A stretch of 64,000 nt of DNA from Craspedostauros australis. Taxonomy: Eukaryota. Positions 22,255 through 33,236 of the stretch are shown piece by piece (position 1 is the stretch's first letter; the number at the start of each line of letters is the position of its first letter). The translations under genes were made by a program, and so were the position numbers. The notes beneath the pieces were generated by a model. The model saw only the letters and a list, made by a program, of their open reading frames with translations. It was not told the origin of the DNA and searched no databases. The stretch lies in NCBI GenBank assembly GCA_030167865.1, contig JALAGF010004522.1, positions 1 through 64,000 on the forward strand. Direction: 5' to 3'.

Positions 22255-24064
22255 CCTTTGTGTGTCTTGGCGCGCACGTGTCTGCGTGATTGTGGAAGCG
22301 GTGGAGGTGGAGGAGTATGTGGTACAGTAGAGTAGTGTACAGTAGAGGAGAGTAGAGTAGTGTACAGTACAGTAGTGCACTCGTACGTAGTTGGAGGGGT
22401 TCATGTAGTATGGTGCAGTACCATACGTGGTGTAGGTTGTTGCGCGTTACGAGGAGTGTTACGCATGTGTACGAGTATGTGCGAATATGTGTGAGTATGG
22501 GAGTATGTGGGTATTTGCGGAGTAGGAGTTGAGCGGAGGAGAGCTGGGTGGAGAGTCGATGTGTTCGTTTGTGGGTGCAGCAGGGCCGTGGATGATTGCG
22601 AAGCGTTGTGAAAGACGAGACGGCTGCGTGAGATTGTTGAATGTTTATACCAGCAGGGGTTATGGCTCCTGGTTCTCTGCCATCTCAACTCTGTTGGCAA
22701 TTGTAGTAGGGGAGCACTCGCATGTTCCTCGTGTAGCCTGCGAGGGTGTTCTGATGTTGGAGCAGTAGCTTGGACGAGTAGGTCGTATGGTAGGAAGTTG
22801 ATACGCCACAGAAGGCAATGTAGGATGCATGACTTGTGAATGAATCTGTGGCGGCGCGAACATCGATCGTCCTCTTCCCATCTCCTTCTCATGGAATGCA
22901 ATGTACTGGGTGACACCCTTTGGTCGAGTTCACACCATGTGATACTATGTGATACGATGTGATGCGATGCGCGATGCTGCCTTCGATCCACTGCGTTCTG
23001 ATGCGCTCCAACGCATGGGGTTTTGTGGGCGCCGTGATTTTTTACAGAACAAAATGCGATGCGATGCAAGTGCAGTGACAATGGAGCATCTGACCATGGT
23101 GCACCAGCAGCGCCGCATTGTGTGGAGGAAGAATCTGACAGATTGCATCGACTGCCAAGAGCCTTTCTATCTATCTCCTCGCCTGATTGCAGTGATTGGG
23201 CTGGCCACGGAACACTCTGTCATGCTCTGGACTACGGATGACGTGGAACTTGCCTGAAATGGGATCTCTTTTCACGATTGCATTGTGGTGATTGATGTGT
23301 TTGTGTCGGCCCAAGATCCTCAGTTCGCCTTGTTGTGGTTTCTTCCTCTCTGTTTGTTCTGCGCGTTGTGATTTGTGTGTGATTGATCCACCAATTTCGA
23401 ACTGAGCCTTTTCCGCTATGTGGAAAAACTCTTTCGCGATTTTGGCGCCAACGAGAAAACCGGAAGTGCAACAACGACAGCAGCGCCGAACATCTCGGGG
23501 TCGCGCCAAATCAGCGCTGGTGTCGAGGACCAACAAGCCGCCAAGGAGCAAATGCGTCAAGTCATTTTGACGATGGTACAACGCTATTTAAACACTCCAA
23601 TGAGCATTGTGGTTTGGATTGGATACCTCATAGAATGGTATACTTGAAGTTGTTGATGAGTGTACATAGTCCATCTTTGTTTCGATACATTGCCGTGGCT
23701 CTCTCTGGACATCCCCGGTACCACACCGGCCAGAGTACCGCGCATTGGAGCAAATGTAGTCACTCAGTCACTCACTTGGTTGCCCAACGTCGTTGCTTGC
23801 TGATGAATGCTTCATGCCAAACCGTGGAGAGATGATAATAACGTATTATAATTACTTGCGATACAATAACAAACCAAATTCATATACAGTGCTCCGATCG
23901 GTGGAACGGCTGATTGGCTGAATCAGCTGGCTGGTCGATGGCCATGCCATCATCGTGGCCTGTTTTCATCCATATGACCAACTGCCAATCCACCAATCCT
24001 TCTCCTCCTTCTTTCTCCCATCCTTCGATGCAATATCATGCATTCGCGGGATCATGATGGGGCT

Positions 24065-25474
24065 TTATTTCTTGTCCTTGCTGCCCTTGCTGTCCTTGCT
24101 GCCCTTACTGTGGCGCGACGCTTTCAGTTCGTCTCCTCGCTGATCCAGAGTGTTCAGTGTCGACTGGACCACCCAGTCGAACATGTCAGGCTGCGGCTGC
24201 GGCTTGAATTCTTGCGAGTCGCTGTCTTCGAGCTGATTCCAAACTTCGCCCGATCCCAGCGCACCGATCTTCCGGAGCTTGCGGTTGTCGACTGGCTCCT
24301 GCGGCACGATTTCTTCGCGTTCGTACGGCTGCTGGTTGAACTCGACGGGGTCCTTCGTCGCGCGCTCGTACTCGACGACGCCTCCGTCGGCATTGTATTC
24401 GCCCTGCCAGTCCCGTTCGTACTCAACGACGCCGCCGTCTGGAACGTAATGTTCGATCTCGTGTGGGTCCTCCTCCACCTCTGGTGGCGGTGGCTTTTCG
24501 ACGTGTCGGAGCTTCAGGTCTTCTTCCGGCACCTCCGGCACGGGCAGCTGCTCGTACCCGCCAAGCCGCCTTGGATCCTCGATGTCTTCGTACTCTGGGT
24601 CTTCGATCTGGCGATTCCACTGTCCAAGATTCTGGTCGTCTTCGTCGATCTCCTCCTCCATGATATTCTTCGTCTTGTTGACGCTCGGCAGGAGCAGCTG
24701 CTCCTCGACTTCTTGCGTGGGTGCTGGGAGGGCCGCCATGTGCTCCTCCTCGATGATCTCCTCTTCGATCATCTGGGTGATCGGTGGGATGAGCTCTTCC
24801 TCCATGTTGCGCGCCTCGACCTCGGTGCTCTCGCTGGATTCGCTGTCGCTGTCTTCGTAGTACTTCTTGGCGATGCAGAAGCACCAGCGGCGACGGCAGC
24901 AGCAGCAGAGGAGGTAGCAGAGCAGGATGGCGCCCAGGATGGATCCGATGATGATCCCGGTGATCTCGCCGTCGTTGAGTCCACCATCAATGCTCCTTAG
25001 CTGCGGTGCGAACGGTGGTGGAGGCGGGATACCGGGCGATGGTGGCGGGCCGCAGAAGGCGATGACGAGCTGGTCGGTGCGCAAGCAGATTTCGTCGACG
25101 TAGTTCCGCTGTGCCAGTGTCGATACGTCATTCTCCTCGGCACCAGTGGTCGGCAGGCGGCCAGCGGTTCCCAAGCAGCAGTCGTCGGCTTCGCCACGGA
25201 TCAAGCACTCGCATGCCAGCTGGTTGAAGGCAAGGCGGAAACGCAACGGAAGTTCATCCAGGTCGCCCAGGCACTCCGTTCGTCCTCCAAAGTCCTTGAC
25301 GAACTCGAGGTATTCGACATCATCCATCTGACGGTCTGCGCCATCGAAGGTTTGCATGGAATCGTAACACACATCGAACTCGACGGTGGTGTCGACATTT
25401 GTGTTCTGAGCGATGGTCAGATCCGGAAGGATCGCCGTGGCCGCCAGCAATGAAATGGAAAGCAAATTCCTCAT
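24065..25474 (-). CDS. Type I single-pass membrane protein: Cys-containing ectodomain, Pro-rich stalk, TM helix, juxtamembrane Cys cluster, long acidic tail
   Basis: Signal MRNLLSISLLAATAILPDLTIA; ectodomain with C...EYLEFV...LACEC...DDCC...EIC; stalk PPPSPGIPPPPP; TM ITGIIIGSILGAILLCYLL; CCCCRRRWCFC; ~270-aa E/P-rich tail. Confidence 0.88.
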   Translation of the reverse strand: MRNLLSISLLAATAILPDLTIAQNTNVDTTVEFDVCYDSMQTFDGADRQMDDVEYLEFVKDFGGRTECLGDLDELPLRFRLAFNQLACECLIRGEADDCCLGTAGRLPTTGAEENDVSTLAQRNYVDEICLRTDQLVIAFCGPPPSPGIPPPPPFAPQLRSIDGGLNDGEITGIIIGSILGAILLCYLLCCCCRRRWCFCIAKKYYEDSDSESSESTEVEARNMEEELIPPITQMIEEEIIEEEHMAALPAPTQEVEEQLLLPSVNKTKNIMEEEIDEDDQNLGQWNRQIEDPEYEDIEDPRRLGGYEQLPVPEVPEEDLKLRHVEKPPPPEVEEDPHEIEHYVPDGGVVEYERDWQGEYNADGGVVEYERATKDPVEFNQQPYEREEIVPQEPVDNRKLRKIGALGSGEVWNQLEDSDSQEFKPQPQPDMFDWVVQSTLNTLDQRGDELKASRHSKGSKDSKGSKDKK

Positions 25475-28073
25475 GGCTGTGGTTGTGCCTGTGCTTTTAC
25501 TTGTGCTGATTGTTGCGGCTTTGTTGTTGTTGTTAGGTGTTGGAGTCCTCTGTGGTGTTGAGTGCAGCGCTCTGTTATTGCGCGAAATATGAGTGAGTAT
25601 TGGTCGTTGTGGTTATAATTGTGGTTGTGACTGTGGTTGTGTCTATCAAGAGAGGACTTCCTTCGCTTCTTCGAGTCTACTCTCGGTGAAAGCGATCAGG
25701 TGAGATGCAGATCAGTCGATTGGGTTGCGAGAGTGGTGGCATGTGAGGGATGGTCAGCCAGTTCGTTGTCCAACGAAGGAACGAGCGGCGTGGCAAGCGT
25801 GAAGAGAGAGAGATGGTGTGTGTGTGAGAGGAATAGGACAGAATGACGAGATGCCTCCGAATCCATTCCATCGCTCGACCAAGGCAACCAACTCTGCACA
25901 CAAAGACAGCCGCCTCGCCTGCGGGGTACGGCAAGAGACGAGTCCGTGCACACCAGAACCACAGAGGTGCACATGTCAACCGCGGCTGCCGTCTGCTTTC
26001 TCGATCGTGCCAAGTTGGTGCAGATCGTATCCCGCCATCGCAGCGATGTCCCTTGATTCCCTCACAAAAGACCACACCCCGTCCGTTTGCCGCCATGGTT
26101 CCGAGACGTACAATTCTGATTCCGCAAAGGAGGCGCGCGATAGATTAGCTGCGTGGGTACAATGGTATGCTCTTGCTGTCAACGCTCTGCGATGGATCTC
26201 TTGTCGTCTGCTGCTGTCTCTGCTGCAATGGTGTGGTCCGCTGTGGTATGGTGAAGGTACAGGATGGTGCGATTATGAATCGGCGGTCGCATCCAGGTTG
26301 GTGTGTGGAGTATGATGATGTGATGTGGTGTGATGCGATGCGATGTGACGAAAATGTTGGATTGCGAGTTGAAGCACCCTCAGTGACTGCGCTCTGATGA
26401 TTCGGTTTGAGGTGGAGGCTGTTGTTGTGGTTGTGATGCAGGTGAAGGAGGAGCGTGATGGATTGTATCTGTGCCCACAGAGTGCCAGAAGGCAAAGCCA
26501 GAGGCTTCCGTGTCTTGGTTGGGTCTTTGCACGGATTTCTGCCTTTGTCGTTCTCCTATTTCCACGCTGTTGCGCTCAATGCGCAGTGCACGCAAGATGG
26601 AAGCGGGTGAAGCCATGTGTTCGCACAACACACATGGTTCCAATTTCTGTCAGAAGCACACAGACTCGGAAGCCTCAAACAAATTTCTCCACTGTTGGGC
26701 CAAAACACTTAGCCTCACGATTTGTATGAGACAAATTCTGCGACACCAAATACCTCGACGCATGTCACGCGCATCTTTGTGTCGTGTGTCACAAATTTGG
26801 CTTCCGCGTGACAGGGCTCCCAAAAACACACCGCATCTCTTCGTCCGTTGTCGACGCAACGGCGTCGTCGATGCGGCCACATTGGGCGTCACAATGGCGA
26901 CGGCAGCACTCACCTGGCCGACCTCGATGCTCTGTTGTCAAGAATGACTCGCATCAACTGCCACAGTGACCGCAATGTTAGAGCAAAGAGTTTGGCGGAT
27001 GCACAGACCAGCACCGCAACGGTTGCATTCATCGTTGCCATTGCTTGCCGGGACATGAAGTCGTGGCAAGACACCATCCTCGGAAAATCTACTTGGCTCG
27101 CGCAGAGCAAGAGTATTGGTAGGTCGTATAGTAGTCTAGAGAGACAGAGAGAGAGAGAGAGAATAGTTGTGGTGAATGCAGTATTCGTAGATCCATCAAG
27201 CAGAATCAAGGACAAGACCTGTTGCCAATTCCGTCTCTGGAGTGGGGAGAAAGAGAGATCCTTGGACGGCTTCCGCACAAGCCTTGGGAGACGCGACGCT
27301 CCGACCTGCCAGCATCACGAAGTGCAGCCCGTCACACCGCTTGTAGCAGCTGGTTGGAGAGATGGAGATTACACTGTGGTGTGCACACTGTGGTATGCAG
27401 CGCAGTGTTGACAGGGCAAGGACTGTGTCTCTCGATTGTTCTGCTTCAGCTGGAAATCATCCATGCTGCGATGATAGAGTTGATAGCTCGTATGCTATTA
27501 GTTGATCAAGAATGTTGCCACAATGCGAGGATCCCAACCAACCTGATCTCTTTTCGTGCTTCGCCAAGCCTGGTACTTTTCTCTGAGCGATACTACGCCA
27601 TATTGAAAAGGTACTCTCCGCTATATTCATGATACTATAGTAAAGGCATATTTGTATCGTCACGATGACGAAGTTGATGCCATCATTGTGCAGAACACGT
27701 ATCTCCCGTGTCACCCACAAACAGATCACTCAACAAGTCACAACCAGATCATTGCCCAACTGTTGCAACAAGAGGATGCAGATCTCACGAAGACTTGACT
27801 CTGGTCGATCCCAAACTTTGGCACAAACCCACTCGACCTGTCTTCCCCAAGTCAGTCTTCCTTCCAAACCTTCCGACTCTGTTGTCATTGAAACCAACAA
27901 GCAAGCCATCGAATCGAATTGAATCGAATCGATCCGACTCCAGTCAAACCTTCAAATCTATTCAACTCCATCACTGCTCCGACACTGCACTGACGAGTGT
28001 ACAGACACGAGTCGGACCCGCAATGAGGGAGCTGCAACACAACATGTCACCACTGATACCCAGCTACTCCGGC

Positions 28074-29177
28074 ATGAAGATTCTGATTCCTGCGCTCGTG
28101 CTGATCGCGACCCTTCCTTCCGGTCAAGCCTTCCAGAGGCAGCTTCATGCGCGCCGTACCACTCATTCATTCGCTCGCATTGGTCATGATGAGCACTTTC
28201 ACGCTGTCCGCGTCACTGGATCCGCAGTGGATGAGGACTGCACATCGCCGACGCCCTCACCGGCAACGTCGGCAACTTCGGACCATTCGGATGCGATCAC
28301 ATCCAGACGCAGTTTCTATTCCAAGGCAGCTGCTGCGGCACTCACGACGCTGGCTGCAACATCGGTGATGCCCTCGTCGGCCACGGCATTCGACAAGGTC
28401 TTCCCAGACGAGCTCAGCCAGATGGATAACCCGAATGCTGGCATCACGCTGGGGTCACGGACCAACTCGGGGCAACGCGCCTCCGCGGCTGCTGCCGTCA
28501 AGGAGCAGCGCAGGAACAACATCATCCAATTCAGTGTCAAGAACGATCTGGTGCCGTCGCTGGCTTGGGGAGGAGCGCTGTGGTTGCTGGCAGGGTCACG
28601 ATCCAATCCGCTCGCCACGCCGCTCGCCAACGTGCTGTACGACGAGGAAAAGGCACCATGGCTGAAGGATCGCAACGCCGGTCTCTTCGCGCCGCTGCCC
28701 ATCCCGTTGCTCCTGCTGCTGGGCGTCGTCTTTGCTTGCCTCGGTGTCGTCACAGATTACCTGCTGCTGCAGCTCGCCGAGGGCGACAGCGGCGTGTGCC
28801 TGCAGCTGGCAGGCGTGTCATTGATCGGCGGTGGTGCCTTGGAGCTGGGTCGCATCGCCAGCGGCGAAAAGCGCGCCACGCGGGAGGTCTTCGATCGCAG
28901 CTCGCAGCTGCGCGAGGAGTTCCAAGTCTTCGCGCAGAATCGCCTGTCGCCGGGTGGCAGCTGCCATCGCACGGACATCGTATCGGCATTCCGGCGGTAC
29001 TACGGCAAGTACCGCGATGCGGAGAGCACGCAGTATCCCCTGACGAACCTGGAAATCGAACGTTTGCTGCGGGAGTGGAATGAAATGCAGGCGGGTGCTG
29101 AGAGGACGTCGTCGGGCTTCTACTACGGCATTCAGATCAACAAGGATGCGGATGTCTTCACGTCAAGCCAGCTGTGA
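28074..29177 (+). CDS. Plastid thylakoid membrane protein (tripartite presequence) with ~3 TM helices and a winged-helix-like C-terminal domain
   Basis: Signal MKILIPALVLIATLPSGQA-FQ, transit-like region, twin-Arg SRRSFYSKAAAAALTTLAATSVMPSSATA-F, three hydrophobic segments, and C-terminus FAQNRL...TDIVSAFRRYY...EIERLL...RTSSGFYYGIQI. Confidence 0.8.
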   Translation: MKILIPALVLIATLPSGQAFQRQLHARRTTHSFARIGHDEHFHAVRVTGSAVDEDCTSPTPSPATSATSDHSDAITSRRSFYSKAAAAALTTLAATSVMPSSATAFDKVFPDELSQMDNPNAGITLGSRTNSGQRASAAAAVKEQRRNNIIQFSVKNDLVPSLAWGGALWLLAGSRSNPLATPLANVLYDEEKAPWLKDRNAGLFAPLPIPLLLLLGVVFACLGVVTDYLLLQLAEGDSGVCLQLAGVSLIGGGALELGRIASGEKRATREVFDRSSQLREEFQVFAQNRLSPGGSCHRTDIVSAFRRYYGKYRDAESTQYPLTNLEIERLLREWNEMQAGAERTSSGFYYGIQINKDADVFTSSQL

Positions 29178-30431
29178 GCCCACCTTGGTTCGGGGGCGTT
29201 CTTCCCTACGAGGAGGAGGAGTGACATGAGAATAGGAATGGAATGACCAGGCCCTTGGGAGGAATAGCTCGTACATACAGTCCTTGTGCGCGTACTGGTA
29301 GACAACATCCGCACTTGCTGAGTGAGAGATGCTTTGCTCTTGTTACGCACAAGGTATAGTCCTGTCAGTGGTCTCCACAACGTGCCGGCATGATACGTGA
29401 ACGAGTGTCCTATCAAGCGCAACTCCAAGTGAAAGCAGAAGGTACCATGAGAACAGGAGGAACTGAACAAAGTTGATATGATGAAGGCAGAAGAGTGTTG
29501 GCTCTCTTGAGTATTTGTCTCCAGTTCAAAAATAGAATTGCTACTTTTACATTGGCACGGGGCGAAAGAGAGAGAGAGGGATGTTGATCGCTGTTGCTGT
29601 TGCCTTCTCCGCCTCCCTTGTCGATCGCTGCGCATTTCTTGTTTCTCAGGTTTTTGATTTGGTTGAACGGCACGATTACAGGTATAGGTACGGTCATGAC
29701 ACGCATGTCCACCAGGGTTGCTTGTTGTTCGTTCATCATTTTGTTTCTCGTTTATGCATGTGCGTGGTTGCTGTTGCTGCAGGCGTGACTGCTCGGGCTG
29801 CTGCGTGCGTGCATGGATGTGCCAAGCGTTGGGGTCATACCAGTGTCTCCTCGTGGGGTACTTCTGATTGTATGGCATGGTGCTTGGCGTGTATTGGTGG
29901 TGGTGTGTTTTTGTTTTTGTATTTGTTTGTTTTCCCGCTTTTCATGTGCGGGTGTAGGAATGTGTATGTTGCGATATGACATGACTAGGCATACATCTTG
30001 GATGGATGCTGCTGTTGCTGTCGAGGGGTAGATTGATGGATGTGCACCGGGCAAGAACCGCTTGGTCCTAAAAATTGGCGGTTTCTGCGGTGCCCATGTC
30101 GTTGGCGAGCCGTCATCTTTTGTGCTTGCTTTTTGATGTGCGATGCTGTTGGATGTGCACACCTGCACACAAGAGTCCATTTCGATCCAGCGCATGTCAC
30201 GGGTACATGCTCTCATGCATCGGAATGGCTTCTCTTGCTTCGTTTCGTGCAGGATGATACCGTAATACGGTGCGCTCCATGCCACATTGCGATGCGCCAT
30301 CGTATTTCGTACAGATTGTCTGTTTGAGAAGGTGGCGTTGTGTCGCTGGCTGTTTGATTGGCAAGGAAGGAAGCGAGGAAGCAAGCATGACGGAGTATGG
30401 AATGGCGCTTGCACACATCGGCCAATCTCAC

Positions 30432-33236
30432 TTAGACAGCCTCTCTGTCATCGACGCTGTTGTAGCCGAGCGCCTCCTCCAGGACGTAGATCGATCGCTC
30501 GAGTCTGCCGAATCCATCGATCAATTGGTCCTGGGTGATGTTGAGAGGTGGTGCACAGTGGATGTGTGGGTATCGGTGCAATCCGACGAGGCCGTTCCTT
30601 CGGTATGCGTCCTTGTACTTGGCAAACGCCGTGTGAGCGGCTTCGTGCTGCAGCTTCGGGTTCTTGCCTTCGAAGTCGTGGATGTCGAAGCATCCGAACA
30701 TACCAATGGATCTGTACTGCTTGATGCAGGGGTGCTCGCTGGCGATCTTCTGCATATGAGCCTCGAAGAGCGGTGCCATTGCCTGGACCCGCCCGACGAT
30801 GTTCTCCTGCAGCAGGTACTTGATGTTCTCGTACGCAACGGCCATGGCCACTGGATGCGCCTGGTAGGTGGATCCGTACCCGAGCGGCTTGTCGTCGAAG
30901 AAGTCCATGATCTCCTGGCTGCATGCAGTCATGGAGAGCGGAACGGCGGCGGATGCGATTCCCTTCGCGCACGAGACGATGTCTGGCATGACGCCGGCGT
31001 AGTTCTGGAATCCGAACATCTTGCCTGTGCGACCAAAGCCGACCATCACTTCGTCAACGTGCATGAGGATACCATACTTGTCGCAGAGAGCACGAACACC
31101 CTGCATGTACCCGTCCGGCATGATGAGGCAACCGCCCGCTCCCACGATGGGTTCCATCATGACGGAGGCGATGTTCTCTGGTCCTTCGTTGAGGATCTGT
31201 TCCTCCAGCATGCTGAGTGCTGCCTCGACGCTCTCCTCCTCTGTGGCGTTGTTGCCGCCCGGTCTGAAGAAGAGTGGGAATGGGTTGAAGGCCTTGACGA
31301 AGCCAGGGACGCTGTCCGATCCGTACCATCGGCGGAAGTCGCCGGTGGCAGCGCCGGAATGGCCGGTGCCGCCGTGGTAGGATCTGTACCAGCTGATGAC
31401 CTTCTCGCGTCCGGTGAATCGTCGCGCCATCATGATTCCAGCCTCGTTGGCCTCAGCGCCTGAGGATGGGTAGACCGCTGCCTGCAAGTCGCCTGGCAGG
31501 ATCTCCTTCATGAGCTGGTTGAGGCGAACTCGGACTTCTGGCACTCCAATGCCTCCGTACATGAATGGCAACTCTCTCATCTGTTGTGCGGCAGCATCGA
31601 CGACCGCTTGGGGTACGTCATGGCCGAGGTTGGCGCAGACGGCCTGAGAGGTCCAGTCCAAGTACTGGTTGCCCTTGTCGTCGAAAAGGTACGGACCCTC
31701 TCCGTGCGTCATGTTGGGGACGTTCTCACGTGCCTTGCCTGGGACCCAGGTCATGAGGAAGGGCGTGTTCTGTCGTGATTCATCAAGCTTGTCCGAGGAC
31801 CAGCTGCCCAAGGGCTGGAAGTGGTCTGGGTCAACGGTCGGTGCCACATCTGCGGCATTGTTCTGGGCCTGTGGTTTGCAATCAGCAGTATGATTCGAGC
31901 AGTGAAGTGGCATCAAGTGTGCAGCATGTCAATGGTGGCAATAGGAGACAATCAATGTTCAGTGATCGCAATCAGCAATTAATAGGAATCAGCAATCAGC
32001 AAACAATCAACAAACAATCAACAAACAATCAACAAGATGTTGCGAATGTGGTGTCGCCGTGAGAGAAAGAGAAGGGAGGATGGCAAAGGAATCACGAATC
32101 ATCAATCCGACCCAAAGCGGAAGAGAAGGGCGTTGATGTTGGATTCGTTCGTTTCAGTTTCAGTTTGTGTGTGGCGTTTGGGGGCGTGGATGAGGATCCG
32201 GGGCACGTGGTATGGCATGGGCGGGGATTTTGGTGCGTGTGTGTGAGTGGGGTGCTGTTCTGACAGGTTCGGCGACGAGATGCGAAAGAGGCTTCGCATG
32301 CTCGCTCGTTCGGTTGTTGCACGTATCCATTCGTGAATACTGGATCGGCAGAGATGTCAGCAAGCAGGAAAGTGTTGACACAGCATGAAGCGAAGGCAAG
32401 GCAAGGCAAGGCAGGACAGGACAAGCAAGATAGGAATCCGGATGTGCAAGTGTGTGGTGGCTTCATGGATACAAGGCAAGTAATGGGATGGTTGTTGCTT
32501 GAGGAATGGCTGGATGCTTGTTGCATGGCTGGGTGGCGACAATGGAGCGATGTTTGCGTGGTTGCAGAGAAGATCCGCGACGGATGAATAGCCGTGGAAA
32601 ACGTGGGTCTTCGGGGTGTTTGGTTTTCGCGCGCCGTCATTCCTCTTTCCTTGTGGATTGGCCATGCAAATGACGGTCACAGCCACTGCGCTGTTGTTGT
32701 TTGATGCCGCTCCATTTAGATTGAGGGATGATTGTTCGCCGGTGGGCTGTTGTCCCAGCACATTGCAGTGCAATGCTGCAACGAAGCGGTCATTCGCCGT
32801 TTGTCGTGCCCATCCTCCATTGCCGTCAATGCATGGGTGTGGCATGGTTCCACGCGCTGATTTGGTTGCCACATTGTGGCCTTGCTTCGCGATATTGCTC
32901 AGCCACGCATCCATTGTCCATTGTCCATCGATCATCAACCATCAGCCTCCACCTGAATCCCATTGCCTTGTCTTGTCTTGTCATGCCATGTAGCCTGCCC
33001 ACCACCAGCACCACCACGGCCACCGCTCGCGCGTGCACCTTAGATTCTTGGTCACTTGCTGAGTTGCATTACGATTGTGCCCCCATGGGGGATCTTGACG
33101 TGGTGCATCTGCTGTTGCACTTGTGAATTGGGGGACGTACATTGACGACCGGCAAAGGACGAGTGTAGTGCCGCCCGGCCTTGCTGGAGTGCCGACGGAT
33201 GGCCTGTCCGACTTGCTTGATCATGTTGTTGCTCAT
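30432..33236 (-). CDS. Class III PLP-dependent aminotransferase (omega-amino acid/taurine/beta-alanine transaminase-like), probably mitochondrial
   Basis: Main exon 31868-30432 has GEGPYLFD, YLDWTSQ, SSGAEANE, SYHGGT, MEPIVG, DEVMVGFGRTG and PDIVSCAKGIAS (PLP lysine). The proposed exon 1, 33236-33141 (MSNNMIKQVGQAIRRHSSKAGRHYTRPLPVVN, presequence-like), joins in phase 0 through a GT-AG intron 33140-31869. Exon 1 is less certain than the main exon. Confidence 0.88.

Noticed and set aside
22949..23647. Short ORFs upstream of the Q-rich gene as a gene or pseudogene
   Set aside because: No recognisable motifs, weak codon bias and no consistent splice model.
25580..25587. Isolated E2F-like 8-mers (also near 23441 and 32625)
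   Set aside because: Single 8-mers are expected about this often by chance in 64 kb, and there is no supporting context.
25637..27700. Multiple 60-190 aa ORFs in the intergenic region, or a possible transposon
   Set aside because: Microsatellite-rich, with no transposase or RT motifs and no terminal repeats seen.
30270..31463. 397-aa plus-strand ORF (similarly 24038-25000, 44186-45463, 50853-52049, 54925-56025, 63113-63841)
   Set aside because: These are antisense shadows of well-supported genes with GC3-rich codons.
31869..33140. TPP riboswitch in the long intron
   Set aside because: A GCTGAG is present on the minus strand, but the downstream conserved TPP aptamer elements were not found.
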